A DNA stretch of 64,000 nucleotides, taken from positions 32,001 to 96,000 of IMG/VR virus record IMGVR_UViG_3300020048_000017. One strand, written 5' to 3'. Both the position numbers and the translations under genes were made by a program. Source of the stretch: a virus. Of this stretch, positions 27,946 to 36,996 are shown in pieces (positions within the stretch are counted from its first letter, which is position 1; every line of letters starts with the position of its first letter). The notes below the pieces were generated by a model. That model saw only the letters and a list, made by a program, of their open reading frames with translations, had not been told where the DNA came from and did no database searches.

Positions 27946-28383
27946 TTAAAGACATTCCCATATTTTCTCAGAAACTGGGTTAATCCAAAAAAAGGGCTTC
28001 TTGTTTTCAATAAGTTGTTGAATAACATTGTGAGTGCCGCCTTTGTTACCGTCCCAAACCACGATACCAACATCTGACTTTTCGAGCATTGCAGAATTCC
28101 TTATTCTCCAAACCTGAGAGGCTTGGTCTATCAGTTTCAGCCTTTCCTCTTTTTCAAATTCCTCTACCAAGTCTTGTTGTTCTTCGAAAGGAATACAAGC
28201 GGCGTAAGGTATTTTAAGCTCTGAGCAAATTTGGCAAAACCAAAGATCAACTCCACTCGCCATTCCGGACAAGCCATAAGAGGGACAGAGGCCTGCTAAG
28301 GACTCTTTAATCGCGAATTTAATCCAGTCTATTGAATACTGCTCTAATTTAAAAAACCTATGTCCAGAGATTAAACACCTCAT
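27946..28383 (-). CDS. YspA-like SLOG family protein
   Basis: ISGHR, SGMASGVD, IPF..Q, RN..M...SD...VWDG..GGT. Confidence 0.8.
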   Translation of the reverse strand: MRCLISGHRFFKLEQYSIDWIKFAIKESLAGLCPSYGLSGMASGVDLWFCQICSELKIPYAACIPFEEQQDLVEEFEKEERLKLIDQASQVWRIRNSAMLEKSDVGIVVWDGNKGGTHNVIQQLIENKKPFFWINPVSEKIWECL

Positions 28384-28395
28384 TTTCTCAGCTCG

Positions 28396-28998
28396 TTAAT
28401 AATTCATTGATCCCGCCGTTTCTCTGGGAACAATTTCTCCAGACGGAAGAATAGCGGTATTTCCGCTTTCGATTAACCTAGCCTTTTCGGTTAACCTCGC
28501 CAACTTGTCGAAATAATTAGTAACCGCAGTCCAGTCAGGAAACTCTTCGGTTCCAAAGTGAATATGCTTTCCCTTGTAGTCACCGACTCCGTTAGCAATA
28601 CGGTCATCAATTAGATAGTCGCCAGCGAACAAACCCTTGTCTGAAGTAAGTATGAGTTTCTTTTTTCCGATTTTTGGAAAGTGTTCTGAGACCCATTGTT
28701 TCTTTTCAGTCCAACAGAGGTCGTTCGTCCACATTGCTGTCGAAACAAAATAAATTTCAAAATGTTTATCTAAAAACTCGACACCTTCTTTGGCTCCTTT
28801 AATTAAGGGAAGGTTTCTAAATAAACCTACATCTTTATGAACGTCGTCTCTGTGGCGACCTTTTGCCATTTCAGTAAGAGAATATGACGCAAAGTCCGCA
28901 ATGACATCGTCAAGATCGATACCTACCACGGGTCCCTTTTTTGGAATTGAAGCCCTTAAGTATTTAGGGAGGGTTTTTAAAAATTCGGCGCTATACAT
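28396..28998 (-). CDS. 5'(3')-deoxyribonucleotidase (HAD, NT5C-like)
   Basis: IDLDDVIADF, EK..W...HF, GDYLIDDR. Confidence 0.85.
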   Translation of the reverse strand: MYSAEFLKTLPKYLRASIPKKGPVVGIDLDDVIADFASYSLTEMAKGRHRDDVHKDVGLFRNLPLIKGAKEGVEFLDKHFEIYFVSTAMWTNDLCWTEKKQWVSEHFPKIGKKKLILTSDKGLFAGDYLIDDRIANGVGDYKGKHIHFGTEEFPDWTAVTNYFDKLARLTEKARLIESGNTAILPSGEIVPRETAGSMNY

Positions 28999-29686
28999 TA
29001 TTTAATAGTTTCTACTAATTCAAGATTTGAGTCGTAAATTTCTACATTATCCCAATTTTCACAACACTCTTGAGCTGACTCCCTAGCTTCCTTCATATCC
29101 GAACACTTATCTTTAATGTTCCTTAGTCCACCTGATGGATAATATTGATCCCAAGCTACTATAAAATATCTCATTTGTGAATTCTCCTTACTTGCTCTAA
29201 AGCTTCCTTAAGAGTAACTTGTCTTTTTTGTTTCTGAACCGCTCGTTGAATTTTTTCTCGAACCCCTCTAAATGACTCTATAACACTTTCAGGAATTTTC
29301 CTTATGTGTTTATTGTAACTCATTGAAACAAACTAAAAGTTTTTCAGGTTGATCTAAAGGGCAGGTCAATATAACCTAGTTTTAGTTTTTGTCAAGGAAT
29401 CTTCTCTGAAATTTTTCTTCCGCCATTCGAATTATCTTATTTTGTTCAGATTTCGTCAGGTAGTATTTTTTGAGAGCTTTCCTTGCTTGGTAATAAGAGG
29501 CGCAGTTTTTAATTATGTTTACGGCAGTTTCGTGTGGATTAAAGCCCATATTGCTACCTCTACGTATGCTGAATTAATAAATGCTAATACCAAAGATCCT
29601 TTCCAAAAAGGTTTGCAACCTTTCATAATGGAGAACTGATGAAAAAGGACTGCTGGGGCGTTTAAAATAATCGCAGATAAAAGCAT
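28998..29686 (-). other. Four small CDS below the ORF-track cut-off or mis-started (28998-29174, 29171-29323, 29385-29552, 29519-about 29686)
   Basis: Manual translation, e.g. MRYFIVAWDQYYPSGG... and MSYNKHIRKIP...; TAATG/ATGA coupling. Confidence 0.6.
29368..29395 (-). promoter_or_regulatory. Sigma70-like promoter with a leader
   Basis: TTGACA-N16-TATATT. Confidence 0.7.
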
Positions 29687-29703
29687 TAAATTATCGTTTA
29701 TTA

Positions 29704-30222
29704 TTAAAATTCTAGTGTAAATGCTACGTCTGAGACGATTCGGCCTTCGTAAAATTCGACCCACCCATTATGAGTGTTTCCAGTCTCGATAATTAAAAGT
29801 TCGTCGTTATCTAAAAGCGATTGAGTTGAGTATTCCGCAACGTAGCAGTTAAATTCTCCGTCATGAGAAACCTCAGGTAAGGCTTTTCTTACATAGACTG
29901 CGTCGTCTCCTTCGATAGCTTCCGCGAATTTCTTGTCTTCAAAGAGCCACGGGTTTGAAACTTCGTGGTCCTCCCGACTACCTTCTTTAAAAAATCCCAT
30001 GTAATTATAGATTTTCCAATCGTAAAATTCTTCGAAAGATTTTCTCGCAAGAATTACTTTGAAGCTCTCGTCATTTTGGAGTTCGTAAAGCTCAAGCTTC
30101 GAACTGTCTTCGAAAGACAGCTTTCTGATCCTCTTGACTTTGAATTGAAAATCCTTAGTTTCTGAGATTGTTTTTTCATCGTCCAGAAAAATTCTAGAGC
30201 CCACTTTAATTTCTTCTGTCAT
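29704..30222 (-). CDS. Acidic hypothetical protein
   Basis: ORF track. Confidence 0.65.
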   Translation of the reverse strand: MTEEIKVGSRIFLDDEKTISETKDFQFKVKRIRKLSFEDSSKLELYELQNDESFKVILARKSFEEFYDWKIYNYMGFFKEGSREDHEVSNPWLFEDKKFAEAIEGDDAVYVRKALPEVSHDGEFNCYVAEYSTQSLLDNDELLIIETGNTHNGWVEFYEGRIVSDVAFTLEF

Positions 30223-30521
30223 TTAATGAGTTGGTATTTTCTGAAGTGATTTCTTCCTTCCCCGACTATAGCCTCTGTTGCCACTGCTGTCAACTGATTT
30301 TCCATGTTTGGTTCGCGAAATTCCATTAAGCGATAGGGGCAATTTTTAATAAACTTCTCTAAGGCTTTTTCATTGTTCATATTCAAAACAATGACAGATG
30401 GGTGCTCATGATCCCTATCTACGAAGTTTCTAGCTGCTTCAATAGCTGCGTGAGAGGCCTGAACGATTTGTTGTGGTCTTGATAGGTCGGACCTGACCGC
30501 TATGTAAATATAAGGCTTCAT
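30219..30521 (-). CDS. Peptidyl-tRNA hydrolase II (Pth2)-like protein
   Basis: VRSDL...QQIVQASHAA, VIVL, F.EP.....TA pattern. Confidence 0.7.
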   Translation of the reverse strand: MKPYIYIAVRSDLSRPQQIVQASHAAIEAARNFVDRDHEHPSVIVLNMNNEKALEKFIKNCPYRLMEFREPNMENQLTAVATEAIVGEGRNHFRKYQLIK

Positions 30522-30665
30522 TTCAAAAGCTCCCTTACAAGCATCTGGCCCCGTTTGTCAATAGTTTTCCACTTAATCTTAAACGACACACTGTCGATAC
30601 CTACCGAAATTCCATTTTGTCGTTTTTCTGTTCCATGTTAAAATAATACACCGTTTTTAAAGAAA

Positions 30666-30737
30666 TGCGCTACCTCGGGATCGAACCGAGTATCTTGGGA
30701 TTTAGAATCCCCTGCTTAACCATTAGGCCTGTAGCGC
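30666..30737 (-). tRNA. tRNA with CUA anticodon (amber suppressor type); CCA not encoded
   Basis: Cloverleaf GCGCTAC/GTAGCGC acceptor stem, D-loop AATGGTT, anticodon loop TTCTAAA, T-arm CTCGG-TTCGATC-CCGAG, discriminator A. Confidence 0.85.
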
Positions 30738-30745
30738 TTTTTGAA

Positions 30746-31441
30746 TTAGTCAAAGAGATTCGAAATAATCGCAGCTATGATAAAGACGAAGATGATTACG
30801 AAAACCCAAATTATCCAAGAATTAGAATTTTGAGATTGCGGGTTGGTTACTGTCGGTTGGGAAGCTTGATATGGAGATCCGTGGTAATAACCGTGGTTAT
30901 TCATGAGAGAACTCATTACCACTGCGTCTGTCATTGCGTCGAACATCATAAAGGTTCCAAGGTTATTCATATATCCATAGCCGCCGCGATCCTGATTATA
31001 AGAAACGTTATAGTCCCGACCTCCCACGTTTGTAGTTTGGGGAATATAAGTAGGGCGAGTTACGGGTTCTTTGGGGAACGTTGAGGTATATTTCGCGCCA
31101 TGGTTAGTTTTAAAGCTACTTACGGCTTCGTCCTTAGTTTTGAAAGCCGTTCCGCTTTTGACCGCTTTTTCATAAACGACTTTATCAGTAGATGACTTGT
31201 ATTTCTGGGTTGCTACGTTGCTCTTTGAGGAGGGTTTTGTTGCAGTAGGGGTAGAAGTTGACGACGTTGTCACTGCCGAGGGCTTTGAACTCGGTTTCGA
31301 GGTAGAGACCTTTGGGGTGGATTTAAAACTTGAAGAACTACTTCGAGAAAAACTCGAACGGCTCCCCGACGATCCTTTTGAGAACAATGGTTCACAAAAT
31401 GTGAACATTGCTACGACTGCGATTAGAATATACGATTTCAT
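30746..31441 (-). CDS. Exported Ser/Thr/Lys-rich protein with a C-terminal TM anchor
   Basis: Signal-peptide-like start, low-complexity S/K tract, WIIWVFVIIFVFIIAAII tail. Confidence 0.7.
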   Translation of the reverse strand: MKSYILIAVVAMFTFCEPLFSKGSSGSRSSFSRSSSSSFKSTPKVSTSKPSSKPSAVTTSSTSTPTATKPSSKSNVATQKYKSSTDKVVYEKAVKSGTAFKTKDEAVSSFKTNHGAKYTSTFPKEPVTRPTYIPQTTNVGGRDYNVSYNQDRGGYGYMNNLGTFMMFDAMTDAVVMSSLMNNHGYYHGSPYQASQPTVTNPQSQNSNSWIIWVFVIIFVFIIAAIISNLFD

Positions 31442-31449
31442 TTTTTCTT

Positions 31450-31477
31450 ACTATATTTTGTTTTTTGTTATTGTCAA
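31450..31477 (-). promoter_or_regulatory. Sigma70-like promoter
   Basis: TTGACA-N16-TATAGT-N8-ATG. Confidence 0.8.
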
Positions 31478-32157
31478 GAGTTTTCTTCGTCTGAACTCAG
31501 CTCCTCTTGGTAAGCCGCTCCAATGATTCCGATAGATGCCGCCGCAATCATGATGGCGGGGCCATATAAAATAAAAATCGTAATTAACCTACCTAAAGGT
31601 GTAACCGTTACGTATTCTCCGAAACCACACGTAGTTGCCGTGGTTAAGCAATAATAGATGCAATTTCCTATATTGTCAAATTTATCGGGCTGTGCTTGAC
31701 CCTCTGCTTGTAATAAAAGAGCTGAAGCAAATAAAACTACTGTCGTCATACATACTAGGGCTCCTTTTAGGGCCTTTCTTGCTCTTACAAATGCTCTACA
31801 GAGGTCTCTAATGCCTTTGCTATACCAGTAAAGCTTAAGTAGTCTTAGCACCCTTAAGGTTCGAATCCAACCTAACCATTCGGCAGGCACAAAAAACCCT
31901 ACATAAAAAGGAACTACTGCAAGCATATCTACCCAAAATCTTGCTGTATTTAGATAGGGCTTATCTCCAAAAAATCGTCCAATCATATAATAGTAAGAAA
32001 GTCTCCAAACAATTTCTATCGTAAAAATTGCCGCGACTACTCGCTCGCTCCATAAGAAGAATGGACTCCCTTGTAAAGAGTCTGCCGACCCTGACGCAAT
32101 TTCGAGAAAATACGTGCCAACCGAATACCAAATTAGCAATTTAAAAAATCTTTCCAT
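31474..32157 (-). CDS. 6-TM voltage-gated-type potassium channel (start moved to MERFF)
   Basis: S4 helix IRTLRVLRLLKL, pore helix and filter TTATTCGFGE, P.T..GR, six hydrophobic segments. Confidence 0.85.
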   Translation of the reverse strand: MERFFKLLIWYSVGTYFLEIASGSADSLQGSPFFLWSERVVAAIFTIEIVWRLSYYYMIGRFFGDKPYLNTARFWVDMLAVVPFYVGFFVPAEWLGWIRTLRVLRLLKLYWYSKGIRDLCRAFVRARKALKGALVCMTTVVLFASALLLQAEGQAQPDKFDNIGNCIYYCLTTATTCGFGEYVTVTPLGRLITIFILYGPAIMIAAASIGIIGAAYQEELSSDEENS

Positions 32158-32162
32158 GTCGG

Positions 32163-32190
32163 AATATAACACAATTTTTAAACTTGTCAA
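32163..32190 (-). promoter_or_regulatory. Sigma70-like promoter of the K+ channel gene, leaderless
   Basis: TTGACA-N16-TATATT-N5-ATG. Confidence 0.8.
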
Positions 32191-32199
32191 GAGATTTTC

Positions 32200-32213
32200 G
32201 TGTATTTCTTAAT
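32200..32213 (+). promoter_or_regulatory. Putative late-promoter motif (endolysin)
   Basis: GTGTA-TTTCTTAAT-ATG (N9). Confidence 0.6.
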
Positions 32214-33071
32214 ATGGAAATACTCAGAGAAGGCAGTAAAGGTGGCAACGTTGTTAAATTGCAAAGGGCTCTTAATATTTTGGATGACGGAGATTTTGGG
32301 TCTGTAACAAGATCTAGAGTTAAACTTTTCCAAGCTTCAAAAGGATTGTTCCCAGACGGGATTGTGGGCAAAGATACTTGGAAAGCTCTTGGTTTTTCAG
32401 AAGGTGAGGCCTCTTCAAAAGGTCTGTCGGCAGATGACATCAAGGATATTATTCAAGCCAACCTACCTAAGCTCACTTCCAAGCTCAATAATAAGAATGA
32501 TAAAATCGTTACTTTTGACCCTGAGGAACATTTGGTAGTTGTGGCTATAAGGGGTCTTAAGTCGGAAATGGGAGTTCCAAATCAAAATGATCGCCGAATT
32601 TTTGATGACGGTCAGTTTGTATCGACTCCAAAAGGGGTTTTATTTTTCGAAGGTAATACCGACCCTAGTGGTTTTAGAAAAGGTTATGGAACAGGTTCTA
32701 AAAAGGGAATGGCAATGCTAAACACTGGAGTTTGGTTTTACGGAAAAGGCCCTCATAATGGAAGGCCCTCTTTCAGGCAGTGCGCTCCAGTTGGAGTTAC
32801 TAGAGATGGGTCTCCCCCTTATCAAGACTTTGGGTGGTTTGGAATAAATTGGCATTCAGCTTCTGACGTATCCACTTCATCTCTTGGGTGCCAAACAAAC
32901 AAACCTTCTATTTTTGCGACCCTTCGTGATTACATTTATGAAGAACTAGAAACTTTTGATAACCCTAAAATGTGTCACGACTGGGCTAAAGATTTTAATA
33001 GTCCTGTTAAGGCGTTTCCTTATATTCTGATCGACGAACAAGAAAGACGGAAAGGAAACTTAGCTGTATGA
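32214..33071 (+). CDS. Endolysin-like protein with an N-terminal peptidoglycan-binding domain (start moved to MEILR)
   Basis: LREGSKG..V..LQRAL...DGDFG..T...VK.FQ...GL.PDGIVG..TW (PG_binding_1); C-terminal GIN.H...S.GCQ amidase-like motif. Confidence 0.8.
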   Translation: MEILREGSKGGNVVKLQRALNILDDGDFGSVTRSRVKLFQASKGLFPDGIVGKDTWKALGFSEGEASSKGLSADDIKDIIQANLPKLTSKLNNKNDKIVTFDPEEHLVVVAIRGLKSEMGVPNQNDRRIFDDGQFVSTPKGVLFFEGNTDPSGFRKGYGTGSKKGMAMLNTGVWFYGKGPHNGRPSFRQCAPVGVTRDGSPPYQDFGWFGINWHSASDVSTSSLGCQTNKPSIFATLRDYIYEELETFDNPKMCHDWAKDFNSPVKAFPYILIDEQERRKGNLAV

Positions 33072-33226
33072 ATGACGATCACGTAGATATCATTTCTGAA
33101 CAATTTGAGTTCGCAATAGACAAATTAATTCAAGAGGGTTATTCAGAGGTTGATATTTTAAAAGGCTTGTCTTTGACCCTGTGGAGTTTTACTGAAAGTT
33201 TTGAGGAAATTGAAGACGAGTGTTGA
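33068..33226 (+). CDS. Small acidic protein (52 aa, not in ORF track)
   Basis: MNDDHVDIISEQF...EEIEDEC*; ATGA-coupled to the endolysin stop. Confidence 0.55.
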   Translation: MNDDHVDIISEQFEFAIDKLIQEGYSEVDILKGLSLTLWSFTESFEEIEDEC

Positions 33227-34517
33227 ACCTTTAGCTATCTGCGTTGTTGCGCATGATGCTTATTTAGGTAATCTCAATCTAATCTTAAAGATGTGGGACT
33301 CTTTCGCACCTAAAGAGTGGCGTAGATTTGTATCTCTAGACGGTTGTCAATTTGATAATTCGAACCACACAAATTGGGAGGTTATTGAAAATGAAAAAAC
33401 TAATAGTCCGACTTTATCTAGAAACTCAGTTTTAAAGTTGTTAGATAGGGGTTATATACTTTATTGGGATGCAGATAACGTTCCAACTAAAGAATATGTA
33501 GATTCTATAGAAAGTCTTTTGACTTTGGAAAGTGATACGTTTTGCTGGTATCCAGATATGTATCTCCCTTACGAATCTTCTGATATTAGAGTCTTAAATT
33601 ATATAGATACTGCTTCGGTTATTAGAGTCGAACTTTTAAAAGCTATAGGAGGCTGGTCTTCGAATTTACAATGTTTACAAGATTGGGGACTTTATCTGAA
33701 AGCCCTTTCTCACGGTTTCAAATTCGAGCCCTTGAATTCTAGGTTCGTTTATTGTAAGCATGGCGACTCTCTGGGTTCCGGTTCTAAACCCAAAGAAGAC
33801 ATTCCTAAAATAAAAAGCGTAGGAGTAATCTGCCCTATGAGGGGCGACCGAAGTTTATCAAAAGTGTGGTTAGACTCCTTATCAGCTCATAACTTCCCCT
33901 CTAAAACTGGGGTAACTATCGTAGATAAAAGTGGAGACGAAAATTTCGCTCGGTGGTTAAAAATTCAAATGATTAACCTGCCTTTTGAAAGGGTTGCTTA
34001 CATAAAAGATGAACATCTTTCTGAACCCGCTTCTTTTTTTGAAATTCATAACACCGTGGGCAAATCTTACGCACTTGCTCTCAAGTCAACCCCAGAAGAT
34101 TTGATTCTCACTTGGGAAGATGACGTTACACCCCTTTCTCGGGAAGCTGCTAACTCTTTGATTTCAAATCTATTTCCAATTTCTCGATTTCATGTGCTTG
34201 GTGCTCTCGTTCCTTCTAGAGCGAATCCTAACAGATTGATTGCCAGTGAAAGTGGAGAAAAATGGTCAGGATTTATAGATGACACCGTTTCAAACATGAG
34301 GGAAATCGGGATGGTCGGTGGAGGTTTTACCCTGTGGCACCGTAGTGTTCTAGAAGAATTCGGTTTTCAAGGCTACCGATACATAGACGATCATCCCGCA
34401 GGTTGGGATGGGTGGCTTTGTAGAAGAATTAATTCTAAATACAAGATCGGTTTATATCCTGAAAAATGTCACCATGAGAGCGCTCGATCAGAGCTTTCTC
34501 AAAAAATCAGCGTATAA
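33201..34517 (+). CDS. Two-domain GT-A (GT2-like) glycosyltransferase
   Basis: WDADN and WEDDV DxD-like motifs; QDWGL; GGGFTLW. Confidence 0.75.
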   Translation: MRKLKTSVEPLAICVVAHDAYLGNLNLILKMWDSFAPKEWRRFVSLDGCQFDNSNHTNWEVIENEKTNSPTLSRNSVLKLLDRGYILYWDADNVPTKEYVDSIESLLTLESDTFCWYPDMYLPYESSDIRVLNYIDTASVIRVELLKAIGGWSSNLQCLQDWGLYLKALSHGFKFEPLNSRFVYCKHGDSLGSGSKPKEDIPKIKSVGVICPMRGDRSLSKVWLDSLSAHNFPSKTGVTIVDKSGDENFARWLKIQMINLPFERVAYIKDEHLSEPASFFEIHNTVGKSYALALKSTPEDLILTWEDDVTPLSREAANSLISNLFPISRFHVLGALVPSRANPNRLIASESGEKWSGFIDDTVSNMREIGMVGGGFTLWHRSVLEEFGFQGYRYIDDHPAGWDGWLCRRINSKYKIGLYPEKCHHESARSELSQKISV

Positions 34518-35342
34518 AGATTTGCCCATTTTATTAGCTAGGTTTTTGACTTGGCTTTTAGTTATCCAGCTATTTGAATAAGCCACTTCTTCTGGGCTAC
34601 CTATTAAGATTCCCTGTCTTTTTTGGACAGCCTTAACAAACTCTGCGGCGTCCATTAAGGAGTCTATCGTTCCCGTATCTAACCAAGCGCTGCCCTTTTT
34701 TAATTCCGAACACTCTAACAACCCTTGGTTTATGTAATAATTATTAATGTCGGTGATTTCGTATTCTAACCTAGAAGATGGTTTTAGAGACTTCGCTACG
34801 GATACTACCGAAGGTTCGTAAATATAAAGACCTACGGAAACCTTATTAGATTTTGGATGCTTGGGCTTTTCTTCAATAGAGATAATTCTACCAAACTCAT
34901 CTTTTTCTATCACCCCAAAACATTCTGGGTTGCTAACCGTTTGCGAAAAAATTACGGCAGATTTATTTCGTCCTACGTCCGCCATCCCTCTTTTTAAAGG
35001 ATTCGGCCAAAAAAGGTTATCTCCTAAAATCAGAGCCACTTCGCTATTATTTATGAAGTGTTCTCCAATTATAAATGCTTCCGCAATTCCTTTGGGTTCT
35101 GGCTGTGTAGCATAGGTTAAACTAATTCCCCATTGGTTCCCGTTGCCTAATAATTCATAAAAAGCATTTTGGTCCCGAGATGTGGTGATGATAAGAATGT
35201 CCAAAATTCCAGCAGACATTAATACCGACAAAGGATAGTAAATCATCGGTTTGTCATAAACCGGAAGAAGCTGTTTTGAAGTAACTAAAGTAATAGGGTT
35301 TAGTCTAGTTCCCGCACCCCCAGCTAATATGATACCTTTCAT
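34488..35342 (-). CDS. rfbA: Glucose-1-phosphate thymidylyltransferase
   Basis: MKGIILAGG.GTRL.P, KQLLPVYDKPMIYYPLS, ALILGDN, AWLDTGT. Confidence 0.95.
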   Translation of the reverse strand: MKGIILAGGAGTRLNPITLVTSKQLLPVYDKPMIYYPLSVLMSAGILDILIITTSRDQNAFYELLGNGNQWGISLTYATQPEPKGIAEAFIIGEHFINNSEVALILGDNLFWPNPLKRGMADVGRNKSAVIFSQTVSNPECFGVIEKDEFGRIISIEEKPKHPKSNKVSVGLYIYEPSVVSVAKSLKPSSRLEYEITDINNYYINQGLLECSELKKGSAWLDTGTIDSLMDAAEFVKAVQKRQGILIGSPEEVAYSNSWITKSQVKNLANKMGKSLYADFLRKL

Positions 35343-36259
35343 GTATAAAATTCCACAGTCTTTTTAAGAGCTTCTTCAAAATTACTCCTAGCTTTCCAGC
35401 CCAAAATCTCCATCTTCAGCGTGTTGATAGCGTATCTTAAATCGTGACCCTGTCGATCCTCAACAAACGCTATATCATAGGTTTTCCCAATAACCTTTCC
35501 TATCCTATCTATTAGCTCTAAATTGGATAGTTCGTTATTCGCCCCTATATTATAAGTCTCTCCTGACTTCCCATGCTCCGATAAGTAAATCAATGCTTCA
35601 CAATGGTCCTCTACAAAGATCCAATCTCTCACATTTGATCCATTCCCGTAAACAGGAATCGGAATATTTTGAATAATCCGGCTAATTACTTTAGGGATGA
35701 GTTTTTCAAAGTTCTGTCTGGGACCAAAATTGTTAGAACAATGCGTGATGATATTATCCATCCCATAAGTCCGATGGTAAGCCTTTACAAAATGATCAGA
35801 AGCGGCCTTTGAAGCGGAGTATGGAGAGCTTGGATTAAAAGGAGTATTTTCCATAAAAGGATCTTGCCCCATTTTTAAATCTCCATACACTTCGTCTGTT
35901 GATACGTGGATAAATCTAATACCCTTATTAAGACATTGATTCAACAAGTTAACTGTTCCGTTAACGTTCGTCTCAGTGAACAAGCTAGGGTTGTAAATAG
36001 AATTATCGACATGTGTCTCGGCGGCTAAATGAAACAAGGTATCTATTTTAGCATCTGATTTATACTTAAAGTAACTTTTTATGCAATCGGGTTTTCGGAT
36101 ATCGGCCAGATAGAAGACAGCCCTTTTGTCCACATTTCCCAATTCACTAGCGTAAGTAAGAGAATCCACGACGTAAACGTTCACGCCTTTGTCGCACAAC
36201 ATTCTCACTAAGCAAGATCCAATGAATCCTGCCCCGCCAGTTACAATAACGTTCTTCAT
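35339..36259 (-). CDS. rfbB: dTDP-glucose 4,6-dehydratase (start MKNVIV)
   Basis: TGGAGFIG, HLAAETHVD, STDEVYG, YSASKAA, RDWIFVEDH, R.GHD.RYA. Confidence 0.95.
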   Translation of the reverse strand: MKNVIVTGGAGFIGSCLVRMLCDKGVNVYVVDSLTYASELGNVDKRAVFYLADIRKPDCIKSYFKYKSDAKIDTLFHLAAETHVDNSIYNPSLFTETNVNGTVNLLNQCLNKGIRFIHVSTDEVYGDLKMGQDPFMENTPFNPSSPYSASKAASDHFVKAYHRTYGMDNIITHCSNNFGPRQNFEKLIPKVISRIIQNIPIPVYGNGSNVRDWIFVEDHCEALIYLSEHGKSGETYNIGANNELSNLELIDRIGKVIGKTYDIAFVEDRQGHDLRYAINTLKMEILGWKARSNFEEALKKTVEFYT

Positions 36260-36996
36260 AGATACTTTTTGTAAATCTTTAAGCAAACGTTATCCGCAAA
36301 AGCTTGATCAAATTTAAAAGAAATCTTTCTTTGGTCGTAGATGCTAAACAGCTCTCTCCTAGCCTCTTCTACCAATTCCCTAGCTTGTTCTGGAGTATAG
36401 TTGACTGGATTGAATTTGATATCCTTAACTAATTCAAAATGTGGATTCTGAGTGAAGTCGGTTTCAAAATAACCTTTAGTATAGAAAGTCACGGCAGAAT
36501 AAATTAGCCGCAAAGCCTGACAAGCGTTCTTGTAACTATAGCCATAGGTGTCTAGATTATTCTTGCGTTTACTTCCAAGTAGTCCGGTTCTTTCACCCAT
36601 CATTAGGCGAATCTCGTTACCGATGTAGCCTTGCTCCCTTTGAGCCTTCCCGTCGCCGCCAGTTAGGGAAACAAAAAACCTCTCGCTATCAATGAGCTTC
36701 TCTCTATTTTCAGAGATCAGATTCCATTCCGGAGAAACCTCCATCCACTTTTCGTTGAAAAGTAACTCCATAACGGTAGAATTGGTTTTACGGAGAAGGC
36801 GAAGGAAGTGGCGAAGCTCGTAATAAACTTCGTCCACTTCCCCCTTCCGGTCGATAGTATCGAATCGATCCGTATCCAACCCGATAATTCTGGATAAATC
36901 AGTATTCAAATATACGCCCCTCCAATCAACGTCCGACTCTGGCGAGTTGAGACCATACATATTAGAGCCGCCAAGACACTTACAAAGAAAGTTCAT
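36256..36996 (-). CDS. Pol-beta-superfamily nucleotidyltransferase (YcgL-like)
   Basis: GS.MYGL..PESDVDWRGVY. Confidence 0.8.
   Translation of the reverse strand: MNFLCKCLGGSNMYGLNSPESDVDWRGVYLNTDLSRIIGLDTDRFDTIDRKGEVDEVYYELRHFLRLLRKTNSTVMELLFNEKWMEVSPEWNLISENREKLIDSERFFVSLTGGDGKAQREQGYIGNEIRLMMGERTGLLGSKRKNNLDTYGYSYKNACQALRLIYSAVTFYTKGYFETDFTQNPHFELVKDIKFNPVNYTPEQARELVEEARRELFSIYDQRKISFKFDQAFADNVCLKIYKKYL

Noticed and set aside
30666-30737. tRNA-Pyl identity for the CUA tRNA
   Set aside because: It has a standard D-loop with GG, a 5-nt variable loop and a canonical TTCGA T-loop, unlike tRNA-Pyl; no pyl genes are seen
30665-31084. Plus-strand 139-aa ORF
   Set aside because: It overlaps the tRNA and the 30746-31441 gene on the opposite strand
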